Shown here in pieces: positions 16,830 through 26,371 of a stretch of 34,338 bases of DNA. The first letter of the stretch is position 1. Each line of letters opens with the position of its first letter. The notes beneath the pieces are model-generated. The model was not told the origin of the DNA. It made no database searches and saw only the letters and a list, made by a program, of their open reading frames with translations. Made by a program: the position numbers and the translations under genes. Source of the DNA: a virus (lineage: Duplodnaviria; Caudoviricetes). The DNA lies in the IMG/VR virus record IMGVR_UViG_3300037634_001606, positions 1 through 34,338 of that record, one strand, 5' to 3'.

Positions 16830-17329
16830 TAGTTAAACTCCTGCAAATTAAGTCTCTTCACTACGGTACTGCTAACATCGTGATATCCGTAGTCCATTAA
16901 AGCGCGGACCCAACCACGCCGACCTGTAAGTTCTACAAGATCACAACCCTCGTCCTTGGCCCATTCTTCGATAGTTTTACTTATCGGAAGAAAGTTTCGC
17001 AATCCAGTGCCCCCGAGAACGACGCCCCGGCAAACCTTGATCCTGTAGTCAATAACATTCTCTGTGACCGCAGCAGCTTTCAAATCTTTCTCATCATACG
17101 CGAGCCAGAGCTGCATCCGGTCTTCTTTTATAGCCCAATAAATATCCCGCAAGGTAATCCCATTGTAGGTATATTCCAATGCTTTCCCCAATAAGGGAGC
17201 CGCCGCAGACCAAGCAAAGTCCACGTCGGGAGACATTATAATCTGAGACTGTAGCTCAGAGTTTTGTCCAACTTCCGCTGATTCTAGCATATATTCCTGC
17301 TCCACTTCCAGGGTTCCAATTAGTTCCAT
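16829..17329 (-). CDS. GNAT-like (acetyltransferase-fold) tail-region protein
   Basis: WAKDEGCDLVELTGRRGWVR pattern, common after podovirus tail genes. The true start may be ATG 17290 or 17236. Confidence 0.6.
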   Translation of the reverse strand: MELIGTLEVEQEYMLESAEVGQNSELQSQIIMSPDVDFAWSAAAPLLGKALEYTYNGITLRDIYWAIKEDRMQLWLAYDEKDLKAAAVTENVIDYRIKVCRGVVLGGTGLRNFLPISKTIEEWAKDEGCDLVELTGRRGWVRALMDYGYHDVSSTVVKRLNLQEFN

Positions 17330-17498
17330 CAGCCCACACTACTTGACCATCCCGAGGGCGCTCAGGTTCAGCATTTAATTCATTCATGTCGATTGTCTCA
17401 AAAGCTTTTAACAGCCCGCCAAGCCGACGAAACTCTCGCTCGACATATTCCGAGAGAGCCTGTAGTTCTGTTGGCGCTGGTTCTGGAACAAAGTCCAT
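17256..17498 (-). CDS. Small virion/tail-associated protein
   Basis: TGATG coupling to the tail gene, and the PRDGQVVWADGTNWNPGSGAGIY motif. Confidence 0.6.
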   Translation of the reverse strand: MDFVPEPAPTELQALSEYVEREFRRLGGLLKAFETIDMNELNAEPERPRDGQVVWADGTNWNPGSGAGIYARISGSWTKL

Positions 17499-19072
17499 CA
17501 GAACTTTCCTAACAATTCAATGTCAAGAGAATACCCTTCAATAGTCCAGCTAGAATTATCTGTGGACTCGAAGTGTATTGCGATAGATACACCACTCTTA
17601 ATAAAGTCAACTTTATCGTCTGTGCCGGGAGTAAAAGTTCTTTCCGTTTGCCATGTTACTGCCCCGCCCCGTACCTGCTGTGTCCCGAGTTTTACTTTAA
17701 AAGGACTACCTGTAGCCCGTATCCATACAGCCCGGAACATTTTCCGGATAGCATAGTCAACCTTTATGTTTCCTTCCCTATCCTGCCCCGCGATACCCAA
17801 ATCAGTTCGCTCAACAAACGCAGTCATGTTAGTCCCATTAAACTGCTCTGTTTCGTCTGCTCGTAACAGCTTTGTATTCACCGTATCGGCTAGTAGAACA
17901 TCCCGAGTTAAACCCTCAAAGGCTCGGTCATCCCATATGGTAACGTCATCGTCCCAAGCCTCGTTATCCGCATCCCAAGTCTCGTCCGCTGCTTCATCAA
18001 CAAGACCTATGTTGGCATGAAAGGTTCCGGGCAGGTCACGATAAGAGAACGTCCCATCAATGTAATGCCATATCAAAGCCTTATCGCACCAGGTTGCCGC
18101 ACCTGAAGGGTAACAGAACCATACTTCCTTCTGCGCATAGTTTGGTACTACATGAGCAGCAATAATCTGTGAAACATCCAGTTCATTAAAGACATTGCGC
18201 TTCACTTGCTTGTCAATAATACTTTCCGCGGATGACAGATTATGTACAATAATATCGTCATTGGTGACAACAAAGTGCCGACCCTTAGGAAGCGCACACA
18301 TACACCGATGGGTTAACATGCCAACTTCCTGAATCGCTTTCCATATCCTAAAAATGAATTGCCCACCAATATGCTGGCAACCAAAGATAGCGTCTTCCTT
18401 GTAGATAACTAAGTTGTTCCCCAGCGGTAGCGCATCAAGAACATACCCAGGAGTATCCGCTAACTTCGGACTATCGCCTGCGTCTTTTGTTGCATCCGTC
18501 TCATCCCAACTTGTCGGCACCGCGCCGGGGTCTGCCAAATGGCTCCACTTCGTGAGGTATGGATACCTAACTCCACTTATCGTAACATCAAATGCCATGA
18601 GATAGTTTTCAAACGGTCGCATTATTCGACAAGCATCTGCGCGAGCCGCGAACCCTGTGAGGTCAACCAGGTTATTACCTGCCCCGCCTGGGTTCCACAT
18701 CATTGGAGTATCAATACCATTATTCAATATCATCACACCATTGAACATGCCACCTGTCCACGGGATAGTATTAACCGCGTTCACTCCACTAGCGTGCGTC
18801 ATATCGTCATGAGTAGAACCTGTGACATTATATACAGCACTTAGGCCACAGTATATCCAATAGAATACACTATTCTGCGGCGCAGGGAACAAGGCATACG
18901 GAGCCACCGATGGAGGGTCAAAAACTGCGCTCTGCCCCGGCATCTTCTTAACCTTCCCATCCTGGAAGCGTACATTATTCCCGTCACTCCATACTTCCGG
19001 AGGCAACTCGAACGCATCTATATCAGAAACAATTCCGAATCGACCTACACCATTAACGTCTACCATTGGCAT
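17498..19072 (-). CDS. Tail nozzle / packaged-DNA stabilisation protein (tail tubular B-like)
   Basis: 524 aa, beta-rich, with N-terminal LPPEVWSDGNNVRF. Its position before the ejection genes fits this role. Confidence 0.68.
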   Translation of the reverse strand: MPMVDVNGVGRFGIVSDIDAFELPPEVWSDGNNVRFQDGKVKKMPGQSAVFDPPSVAPYALFPAPQNSVFYWIYCGLSAVYNVTGSTHDDMTHASGVNAVNTIPWTGGMFNGVMILNNGIDTPMMWNPGGAGNNLVDLTGFAARADACRIMRPFENYLMAFDVTISGVRYPYLTKWSHLADPGAVPTSWDETDATKDAGDSPKLADTPGYVLDALPLGNNLVIYKEDAIFGCQHIGGQFIFRIWKAIQEVGMLTHRCMCALPKGRHFVVTNDDIIVHNLSSAESIIDKQVKRNVFNELDVSQIIAAHVVPNYAQKEVWFCYPSGAATWCDKALIWHYIDGTFSYRDLPGTFHANIGLVDEAADETWDADNEAWDDDVTIWDDRAFEGLTRDVLLADTVNTKLLRADETEQFNGTNMTAFVERTDLGIAGQDREGNIKVDYAIRKMFRAVWIRATGSPFKVKLGTQQVRGGAVTWQTERTFTPGTDDKVDFIKSGVSIAIHFESTDNSSWTIEGYSLDIELLGKF

Positions 19073-19365
19073 TATTCTTGTTCCTCACAGAAAGCTTCTA
19101 CTTTACGATTAAATCCAACCATCTTCCGCTTTAACTCCAGCGGAGTGGCCTCCTTCTCTTCCTGAGATAACTTCCACTTCTCCTGCTCAAGCCACAACGG
19201 ACATTTATATACAACAACACTATCTTTCAACTGGTGTTGGATATAAGCGACCACACCACTCAGCGCAGTATTGACTATTGTCAGCGTCTGTGTGCTACAG
19301 CTCGTTGTCGATATCAGACTCAGACATAGTAGTAAGGTCGATATCAATCTGTTCAGCTTCTTCAA
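19072..19365 (-). CDS. Lipoprotein, putative o-spanin
   Basis: Signal peptide MKKLNRLISTLLLCLSLISTTS-C with a lipobox-like Cys and further Cys residues. It overlaps the upstream TM gene in another frame. Confidence 0.6.
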   Translation of the reverse strand: MKKLNRLISTLLLCLSLISTTSCSTQTLTIVNTALSGVVAYIQHQLKDSVVVYKCPLWLEQEKWKLSQEEKEATPLELKRKMVGFNRKVEAFCEEQE

Positions 19366-19489
19366 GTTGCTTCCTCGCTATTTCGAGACTTTCATCCTCA
19401 ATCTTCTTAAGGACCATCCGACGATAGAGCTTCAGGCCTCCCCATATAAGGAGACCCAAAACACCAATACCAGCGATAACTTCAAACAT
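19295..19489 (-). CDS. Putative i-spanin (N-terminal TM helix plus short coiled coil)
   Basis: MFEVIAGIGVLGLLIWGGLKLYRR..., located between the holin and the lipoprotein. Confidence 0.55.
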   Translation of the reverse strand: MFEVIAGIGVLGLLIWGGLKLYRRMVLKKIEDESLEIARKQLEEAEQIDIDLTTMSESDIDNEL

Positions 19490-19658
19490 CGGCCCCTTTG
19501 TCCTTCGTAAAGCCTGCAATCAGACCTTGAAGTGCAAGACCGCCAGCAACAATTGCTGCTACCTGGTCAGGACTGAGCGTTACACCGAGAGCTGTTATCA
19601 GCCCCACAAGTCCCCGCCATGTTGAAGCCTCACCAAGACGAGCTAATACATAGTCCAT
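19482..19658 (-). CDS. Putative holin (58 aa, 2 TM)
   Basis: MDYVLARLGEASTWRGLVGLITALGV... with SD GGGAGG, immediately after the endolysin. Confidence 0.72.
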   Translation of the reverse strand: MDYVLARLGEASTWRGLVGLITALGVTLSPDQVAAIVAGGLALQGLIAGFTKDKGADV

Positions 19659-19659
19659 A

Positions 19660-19998
19660 TTATTTCCTCCCATTGTGGGCAAGTGAAAAATGATTACCAT
19701 CACGACGTTTGAAGCGACCGCCCCAAGCACCGCCCAGCGTCTCCCAGTATTCACCAAGAGGCGTTAAGTCTTCTGTCTGCTTTAGCCAGACACCATCCTT
19801 AAATACATTAAGGTCAATAGCGAGCCGACTACAATGCAAAGAATTAACGATACCAACTCCAGCTTTCGAGTTGAGCTTTGCCTGAGCAGGCGTTCGATAT
19901 GCCTCTGCAAACGTGAACTCATAACCATTCTCCTTGCCCCATGCCAGCAGGCCCATGACCATCCAAACAAACTTCGACTGTTTTTTGCGTAGACTCAT
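19660..19998 (-). CDS. Endolysin, M15-family Zn peptidase (L-Ala-D-Glu type)
   Basis: YRT..Q, SLHCSRLAIDL, WGGRF and DGNHFS motifs. Confidence 0.88.
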   Translation of the reverse strand: MSLRKKQSKFVWMVMGLLAWGKENGYEFTFAEAYRTPAQAKLNSKAGVGIVNSLHCSRLAIDLNVFKDGVWLKQTEDLTPLGEYWETLGGAWGGRFKRRDGNHFSLAHNGRK

Positions 19999-20002
19999 TT
20001 AC

Positions 20003-20404
20003 TTATCCTCCGTCTCTTTCCAAATCCCGTATTGCTTGAAGAATGATGTTCTTGTTCTCATCCATCTTCTGCTCCAAATCATCCACCTCATCCGTGAAAT
20101 GGTCTTTAACATGCTGGATTTCTTGCCGAATATTCTTATGCTCGCCTTCATCCCAGATACGTTCTGCTTCGAGTTTATCTTCAACCCAAACAACATCTGA
20201 CTTCTCTGCCTCTAGCTCGCCAATATCCTCAGCATTAATTTCAATATTCTGCAGACCGACATAGACTGCACCAATCGCTGGTAACAGTGGCCATAGCCAT
20301 TTAGCAAAGTCAATCCGCCTGCCTTCTTTCATTGAGCCTTCCGCTCTTTCTCTCTGCGCCAATTTCTCAGCCAACCCTTCGACTATTTTTGTTTCTGAGC
20401 CCAT
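20003..20404 (-). CDS. Hypothetical membrane-anchored coiled-coil protein in the lysis region
   Basis: One hydrophobic segment (WLWPLLPAIGAVYVGL) followed by an acidic heptad region. SD AAGGAG. Confidence 0.6.
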   Translation of the reverse strand: MGSETKIVEGLAEKLAQRERAEGSMKEGRRIDFAKWLWPLLPAIGAVYVGLQNIEINAEDIGELEAEKSDVVWVEDKLEAERIWDEGEHKNIRQEIQHVKDHFTDEVDDLEQKMDENKNIILQAIRDLERDGG

Positions 20405-20406
20405 AA

Positions 20407-20775
20407 CTACTCCTTAGGTATATTCACCTTTACCTGTTTAATGTGGTTGAAATACACCCCTATACCTTCAAGAATCTTGTCATCAAGTGTAACTCCGCCG
20501 CTTCCTTCTATGGAATCGTACAGAAGTTCTAGTTGCTCTCGGATAGTTCCGTAGCCTCCAGATGCCATCTCTTTCATGCGCCGGTCTTTCCATCCTTCTT
20601 TAGGTGGTTGATACTTCTCAATCACACCCCCAGCATCTAAGAAAGGTTGTACATATCGTTTCCACTGCCGGCCCTTTGGCATTATAACCTGATTATAGTT
20701 AACGCCGTCGACAGCAATAACAACATTACCGTCTTCCTGATACATAGCTTTAAGTTTCGAGATATCTACTGACAT
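20407..20775 (-). CDS. Putative tail-fibre assembly/chaperone protein
   Basis: Coupled downstream of the fibre gene, with the R...YGTIREQLELLY...IKQVK..PK pattern. Confidence 0.55.
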   Translation of the reverse strand: MSVDISKLKAMYQEDGNVVIAVDGVNYNQVIMPKGRQWKRYVQPFLDAGGVIEKYQPPKEGWKDRRMKEMASGGYGTIREQLELLYDSIEGSGGVTLDDKILEGIGVYFNHIKQVKVNIPKE

Positions 20776-22277
20776 TATATTAACTCCGCGTCCATTTCAA
20801 TGTAACCACCGGTGCCGCTTTCGAGATATGCTATACCTCCGTCCCCGTCACCAGCAGTGGTTGTTGTAACATTAAACCGGATACTATCTTTACTACCCCC
20901 AGAGGTAGCTAGATTAGAACCTGTCTCTGTTGCTGCCGATACTACCGTAACATCATTCACACTTCTCCAACCTGGGGAAGGTATCTGACACATCTGAACC
21001 GGGAACTGGAAGAACAACGCGAAGTTTGTCGTGGTCGTATAGTTACCATTCCCGAAGTATGTAGTGGAACTCTGCTCTTCAATCCTAAAGTAATACCTCA
21101 AGCATCGAATCAGCTCGTCCTGGAACAAAGGCATCTTGGGAGGCCTAGCATAACTTCCCTTGTGAAGATTAAATCCCCAGAACATGATATTGTTAGCAGT
21201 ATTGTCGCAACCATCCACCTGGTCTTCCGACCCAGTTATAATTGTTGTCACAGTCTCCCAACTGCCATCTGCTGGAGAATCCTCACTTGTACCTACAAGG
21301 AAAGCAAAGGTAATCCTCAGTCCTTTCTCTCCCTCTTCCATAACCCACGTACCGGTTGTGTCTGCTGGAACAACAATAGAAGCAAACTCCCAGGTATTGG
21401 TCACGCTCTGGGTATAGTTCGCGGCATAGACCCGGTCATTATCGTCATTTTCAAATGCAATACTCCATGTGCCAGTCTTCGTGTGCTTATGCCAGAAACT
21501 CAGAACATAAGCTCCCTGATGCAAGGACTGGTAATCTGGCCCTTCTACAGCATAGGTCATACCTACAGCATCCGAAGCCCCAATCGATACTGTCTGCGTA
21601 GTAACATCGAACTTCATACTGTTGCCACCCACAATCGCATTACCAGCGCCCCACACAGCCTCTTGCTCGGTTCTGCTTGGAATATCCGTCTCAAGCGAAA
21701 ATGTTACTTCCGCATCTGGAGTACTACGCTCAGCAAAAGAGAATCTATCACACAGATATACCCCATCATCTCCATTACCAAGACCAGTTCGAGTTTCACT
21801 GGCCCGTTGGTCGATAAGCCCAAATCCGTTGATAATCACATTCTCATGGTGAGCCGATACTTCCAACGATGGGTTAAGAAGAATAAACTGCGTACCGTCG
21901 TAGATTAAACAGTACACCCCACCGCTGATTATCATATTACTCCACAACTCAGTTCCCAGCACAGAGTAGATATTTTTAGCGCCCAGGGCATTAACGTTCA
22001 AGTCCGCGGCTCCGGCGGCATTAGTGAAGCTCGCCTTCATGAATATCATCATACCCTCAGTATACGCACTTGGAGCCTCGTCCAATGTCACCGTATATGT
22101 TGGGTCGCTTCCAGCGCTTTCCTTATAACCCCAAGGATAATCATGCCCAGGAAAGGAGTTCTTGACAACCTTCTTAATCAACTGAAGATGGTTATCTCCC
22201 TGATGCTTCTTGTCCGTTCCGCCAACTGGATTTGTGTCAACCAAGTCAGTGATGAAATCGCCAGTTTCTAAACCCAT
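20775..22277 (-). CDS. Tail fibre / receptor-binding protein
   Basis: N-terminal anchor MGLETGDFITDL..NP..QGDNHLQLIK, and a carbohydrate-binding-like module NVIING..DQR..DRF..ELIRCLRYY. Confidence 0.75.
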   Translation of the reverse strand: MGLETGDFITDLVDTNPVGGTDKKHQGDNHLQLIKKVVKNSFPGHDYPWGYKESAGSDPTYTVTLDEAPSAYTEGMMIFMKASFTNAAGAADLNVNALGAKNIYSVLGTELWSNMIISGGVYCLIYDGTQFILLNPSLEVSAHHENVIINGFGLIDQRASETRTGLGNGDDGVYLCDRFSFAERSTPDAEVTFSLETDIPSRTEQEAVWGAGNAIVGGNSMKFDVTTQTVSIGASDAVGMTYAVEGPDYQSLHQGAYVLSFWHKHTKTGTWSIAFENDDNDRVYAANYTQSVTNTWEFASIVVPADTTGTWVMEEGEKGLRITFAFLVGTSEDSPADGSWETVTTIITGSEDQVDGCDNTANNIMFWGFNLHKGSYARPPKMPLFQDELIRCLRYYFRIEEQSSTTYFGNGNYTTTTNFALFFQFPVQMCQIPSPGWRSVNDVTVVSAATETGSNLATSGGSKDSIRFNVTTTTAGDGDGGIAYLESGTGGYIEMDAELI

Positions 22278-22924
22278 TAGTCTTCTCCGCCCATTATGTA
22301 ATTCTGATTCTCATGTTTCCGAGCCTCAGTAGCGTTTGTTAAAGCTAAAATGCCTTCGTTGCGCATATCTTCAAAGTACTCCATTGCGCCTTTGTCTCGA
22401 AAGGCCAAGGCCATGCGCCGCCCGGCTTCGCCTTGTAGTACCTCTGGAGCATACTTTAGCCAGTCATTCTCAATATTGCTATTCAATACAGTATCCTTTG
22501 CATAGTAAAGCATCTTAATAGGATACACAGCATCTGGAGTAGGTTTCAATCTGAAGTAATCTCCAATCAACGCATAGTACAGTGGCTTGTCCGTGCTTGA
22601 TCCATACGTCTTGACCAGCTCGTCGTAATCGCTCTTAGGAAGATTAATCCACTGGTCTTCCTCATCTGCACTGGAATCAAACCTCCACAACGTCCCATCA
22701 TCATGCTCGCGTAGGAAATCACTTGGCACCGCCAGTCGCTCTTCATCTGCAGTGGTTTCTGATGTAACAATCTCGCTTATCAGAAACCACGGAAGCTCTG
22801 GCAAGGAACCTGTCTCATACTTCTCTTGCGCCCGCTTCAATGCATTCTCAATCTCAGTCGCCTTGATATCAAGCCAACCAAGCTCAATCTGAATGTCACT
22901 AACTATTGTATCTCTATCGCTCAC
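22277..22924 (-). CDS. Head-tail adaptor (tail tubular A-like) protein
   Basis: VPSDFL, P..YALIG..FRLKPTPD..Y and NDWL..AP pattern of phage adaptors. GTG 22924 lies just after the upstream stop; the track start is 22936. Confidence 0.7.
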   Translation of the reverse strand: MSDRDTIVSDIQIELGWLDIKATEIENALKRAQEKYETGSLPELPWFLISEIVTSETTADEERLAVPSDFLREHDDGTLWRFDSSADEEDQWINLPKSDYDELVKTYGSSTDKPLYYALIGDYFRLKPTPDAVYPIKMLYYAKDTVLNSNIENDWLKYAPEVLQGEAGRRMALAFRDKGAMEYFEDMRNEGILALTNATEARKHENQNYIMGGED

Positions 22925-22926
22925 TA

Positions 22927-24579
22927 TTAGCTCCAAGAATTTGTCTTACCGCTTTCCGCGTCCCAGGTTCCAGCACCTAACGCACCTTCGCTAGAAAACC
23001 CATCACTTACAGATGTATCTCCTGACCAGTCCTCTGTTTCAGCACTACCCGGAACCCATTGATTTGAAGAAAGATTCACTTCCTTTCCAGTAAAGGTAAA
23101 GCTTCCAGCCCCAAGAGACATAAGCCTACCATATTCCAAGTTTGCATCCGTCCCGGTTACAACAAAACTTCCACTCCCTGCGGCCAGCGGGTGATTACTG
23201 GATAAATCTACAGCTGTTCCAGTGACCGAATAACTCACAGTATCTACATCCAACGCATAACCTTTCAGCAACGATGCCATTTGTCCGCTAATACTGTAGC
23301 TACCAGAATCAACTGCTAACCCCTGTACATATAGCAGAGTTGCAGCTTTCCCTGTGTAGGTAAAACTCCCGCTCTCCGCTTCTATGTCATACGCCTGTTC
23401 CAGTGTAACCGATTGTCCAGTTACTACATAGTTTCCGCTATCAACTGTCAGCTCATAGTCAAAGCTAAAATCAATCGGGAAGCCAGTTACTTTAAGCTTC
23501 TCTTCCTTCTGATTTTCCAAGTACCTAGCAGTAAGTAAGGTAACTTCTTGTCCAGTAACATCAAAGCTTCCACTGTCAAGAGCAATTCCCTTTCCTTTCC
23601 CATAGATAAGCTCAGCCGCACCTCCAGTAATTACATAACTTCCAACCGCCGGGTCAACTTCATACCCATACTCCAGATTAGCATTAGTTCCGGTATGCGT
23701 AAAAGTTCCAGAACCGGCATCAATTTCCCAGGTCTTCCTCAGCGTTACGGCTGTGCCAGTATGGACGAAACTACCACTTTCAACATCCAGTCCTCGTCCA
23801 GCAAATAGCCCAGCCGCTGTGCCAGTCTCCGTGTAACTACCAGAACCAGCAGTTAATGTATAATTAGTGCCACCAGCGACTGGAACAGGGAACTGCAATA
23901 TCTGCGCTGATGGATAGATAACCCTGTGGTGAGGGGACGGAGCCGCATTATTTACTGTACTTAAATCTGCGCCTTGGTCTACATCTACTCGCCTCCTTAC
24001 CAAAGGCCAATAAGCAACCCTGCCACGCATTATATTTGCTGGTGTTCCTGCTTTTGCTATTGCCATCATCTCACTGGCGGTTAAAATCCGGTCATAGAAA
24101 GCTGCTTCCGCAACTGTGCCATCAAAGTCCTGTCCATTGTTCATATTTTCACCGAAGCGTACAGTGTCAGATGTAGTTGTAATACTCCCTGTAGGAGGAT
24201 TGGTATTAGTTACAGCAACAGCACTACCATCTATATAAAATATAGGGTCATTACTGGCGGATGTGCCGTCATGAGTAATTCCCCAACAATAAAGAGTATC
24301 AAAGGCAAGGTCATCATCGGCATCCCACCTTCCGTTGTTCCCACTAAAACGCGCCAAACATCTTGGTCGCCATCCTGCGCTCACTGGTGGTTCCGTCAGA
24401 AATTGGAAGTTATGTGCGCCGCTACCATACGCTGAACCTGTCCCCCATAAAACGTCACGGTTGCTAATGCTCGCCACTGATACAACTGAAACCAATGAGT
24501 ATTGGTCAACATTCAACCCAGAAACGCCATTTTCTACAGACTTTAAAGTGTCAGAAACACCATCAAAAATATAAGCCAT
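22927..24579 (-). CDS. Fibre-like virion protein: N-terminal LamG/concanavalin-A-like domain plus 12 x ~22-aa beta repeats
   Basis: LamG signature FYIDG..FDGTVAEAAFYDRILTASE and repeated L.v.SGSf..TG..a.L units. Confidence 0.72.
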   Translation of the reverse strand: MAYIFDGVSDTLKSVENGVSGLNVDQYSLVSVVSVASISNRDVLWGTGSAYGSGAHNFQFLTEPPVSAGWRPRCLARFSGNNGRWDADDDLAFDTLYCWGITHDGTSASNDPIFYIDGSAVAVTNTNPPTGSITTTSDTVRFGENMNNGQDFDGTVAEAAFYDRILTASEMMAIAKAGTPANIMRGRVAYWPLVRRRVDVDQGADLSTVNNAAPSPHHRVIYPSAQILQFPVPVAGGTNYTLTAGSGSYTETGTAAGLFAGRGLDVESGSFVHTGTAVTLRKTWEIDAGSGTFTHTGTNANLEYGYEVDPAVGSYVITGGAAELIYGKGKGIALDSGSFDVTGQEVTLLTARYLENQKEEKLKVTGFPIDFSFDYELTVDSGNYVVTGQSVTLEQAYDIEAESGSFTYTGKAATLLYVQGLAVDSGSYSISGQMASLLKGYALDVDTVSYSVTGTAVDLSSNHPLAAGSGSFVVTGTDANLEYGRLMSLGAGSFTFTGKEVNLSSNQWVPGSAETEDWSGDTSVSDGFSSEGALGAGTWDAESGKTNSWS

Positions 24580-25100
24580 TATGTCTCCTTAACATGGACG
24601 GCATGTAAGCTGGCATCACCAGTCACGTCTGTACCACTTGAAGGTGTTGGGTCGCGGGTAATTCGCAGTATGAAATACTCTCCTGCCGCAACTGAGTCCA
24701 TATCAGCGCCATCAGTGAAGGTAATGTCATCATACGCCACTTCACCTACAACACTTGGTGCCGTTGCCACAACGGCGTTATAGGTATACGTGTGCGCGGT
24801 AGTGTCCAAATCCTCTGCATCATCTGCTATACGTCTAAGTGCCGCTTGCCACTCGACGACATCAGGTGCCGCTTCTGCTGCTGACCACACTAATGTTAAC
24901 GTCAACCCACCGCCGTCATAATGCTCAGGAAGCATACAATAGAAGTCAGCATATTCTTGCGTTGTGTCATCGAAATCAAGAACAGGTATTACTTCCGCAG
25001 GAGTACTGGTGCCATCTATCGTGTCAAACGTGGCATAGCTTGACGCAGGAGGCCCGTTATTCTGTGCGCCTAATATTAAAAGAGAGTCGCCAGAAGCCAT
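24579..25100 (-). CDS. Putative virion structural protein
   Basis: Acidic beta-rich sequence, TAATG-coupled within the structural operon. Confidence 0.55.
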   Translation of the reverse strand: MASGDSLLILGAQNNGPPASSYATFDTIDGTSTPAEVIPVLDFDDTTQEYADFYCMLPEHYDGGGLTLTLVWSAAEAAPDVVEWQAALRRIADDAEDLDTTAHTYTYNAVVATAPSVVGEVAYDDITFTDGADMDSVAAGEYFILRITRDPTPSSGTDVTGDASLHAVHVKET

Positions 25101-25597
25101 TACGTTGTTACCTCCAAAATATCAGGAACAGTAATGACTGAGGAAGGCGCGTTGTTACTAAAATCTAACGACACGGCTTCAATATCTGCCACAGTAGTTG
25201 CGGCCTTTACTATAGCCCTGCGAGTCATGTAATCGGTTATTAATGTGGCCTCCCATACCAATACAGTATCAATCAATGCGGCCCTGTCCGGTAGCGCCGC
25301 CATCCGCAGTATTTTAAGTCTCATCTCCGTCTGCGGAGAATAGTACTGCTCCCCAAAAGCCTCAACACTGACAGCCAACTGCTCCAGCTTTTCTTCCCTA
25401 TAGTCCTCTATCTGAGCATCAACTTCCTGTACAGTAGCAAGGCGTACCAAATCCCCTTCGATAACCCATTTACGCTTATCTGCTTCTCCCTCGACGCTGG
25501 ATAAATCAGGATTACGAATCCAATCCTGTGTCGAATACTCAGGGGTATTGACACTCATAAAGAGCTTCTTAGTAACTCGATTAAGAACGTTGGACAT
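25100..25597 (-). CDS. Hypothetical protein, possible fibre chaperone
   Basis: C-terminal helical region ending AATTVADIEAV, like tail-fibre-assembly proteins. ATG 25597 follows the upstream TAA. Confidence 0.5.
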   Translation of the reverse strand: MSNVLNRVTKKLFMSVNTPEYSTQDWIRNPDLSSVEGEADKRKWVIEGDLVRLATVQEVDAQIEDYREEKLEQLAVSVEAFGEQYYSPQTEMRLKILRMAALPDRAALIDTVLVWEATLITDYMTRRAIVKAATTVADIEAVSLDFSNNAPSSVITVPDILEVTT

Positions 25598-25598
25598 A

Positions 25599-26018
25599 TT
25601 ACGCAATCGTCAGTATACTAGCACCAAAGTCGGTGGTGAACGTCTCGCCGTCATTCAGTGTAATACTGCTCCCATAATCCCACCACCCAATGAGCGGGTC
25701 GGCCGGACTAACTGGCGTATCATTGTACAAGACGACGTATCGGAATGAACCGATAGTACCTCCCGACGCTGTCCACACAATGTCTGTCCCGGCCAATGTC
25801 CCGGTTCCGCTGGTCTCGCTCCACACGCCTGTAGCGTCTTCACCTCCCGCAGTATACCCGTTCCCAGCACTTATATCTGCAAGGTCAAGTAGCACTGAGT
25901 CTGCGCTCGCGCTTGGGGTTGCATTTGACAGATAACACTTCAGTGTATCCGCATCCAAGTCATGTACCTTGTTACCAAGGTCACCGACAAAGGTCTCAAA
26001 CTTATTGAAAGCTACCAT
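25599..26018 (-). CDS. Virion structural protein (fibre-associated beta-sandwich)
   Basis: HDLDADTLK, GNGYTAGG, FRYVVLYNDT and LIGWWDYG..ITL.DGETFT motifs typical of phage structural proteins. Confidence 0.65.
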   Translation of the reverse strand: MVAFNKFETFVGDLGNKVHDLDADTLKCYLSNATPSASADSVLLDLADISAGNGYTAGGEDATGVWSETSGTGTLAGTDIVWTASGGTIGSFRYVVLYNDTPVSPADPLIGWWDYGSSITLNDGETFTTDFGASILTIA

Positions 26019-26260
26019 TATTTATCCTCCGCCATGGATTCAAATTCATTGTCTCCGTCGATGGTGACGCTTGTCATCTCAACGCGCATGTTTGCAGGCA
26101 TCCCTTCCCACACAATCTTCTTTCCTTCCTTCTCCGGAGGAGTGCTTGCGCTGGCTTCCTTCACCTTACCCTTGACTGTCACAGTGATTTCCTCTCCAAT
26201 AGAGATACCCTTCAACTGACCATCAGTCAAATCGACAGTCATAGTTCTCTTATTACTCAT
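26018..26260 (-). CDS. Hypothetical small beta-barrel-like protein
   Basis: ATG 26260 follows SD GGAGGT (track start 26293). TAATG-coupled to the next gene. Confidence 0.6.
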   Translation of the reverse strand: MSNKRTMTVDLTDGQLKGISIGEEITVTVKGKVKEASASTPPEKEGKKIVWEGMPANMRVEMTSVTIDGDNEFESMAEDK

Positions 26261-26312
26261 GCCTCTACCTCCGGTTGCGATTAATGCTCTCATAAAACGA
26301 TTATTCTCGTCA

Positions 26313-26351
26313 GTAAAACCCGCCCTAGATATTATGAATAACTAGGGCGAG
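26313..26351 (-). terminator. Hairpin downstream of the capsid genes: possible intrinsic terminator, also copy 2 of the dispersed element
   Basis: The minus strand reads CGCCCTAG-13 nt-CTAGGGCG GG TTTTAC. The loop is long and the U-tract short for a terminator. Confidence 0.5.
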
Positions 26352-26371
26352 AATAGACCTAAGACTACTCC

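Noticed and set aside
17925-17990. Trp/Asp 7-aa periodic stretch (TWDADNEAWDDDVTIWDD) in the tail protein
   Set aside because: A short protein-level motif with no DNA-level repeat; not evidence of a separate system.
21162-21908. 248-aa antisense ORF, and the many other opposite-strand or nested ORFs in the track
   Set aside because: They shadow well-supported genes and show no recognisable motifs.
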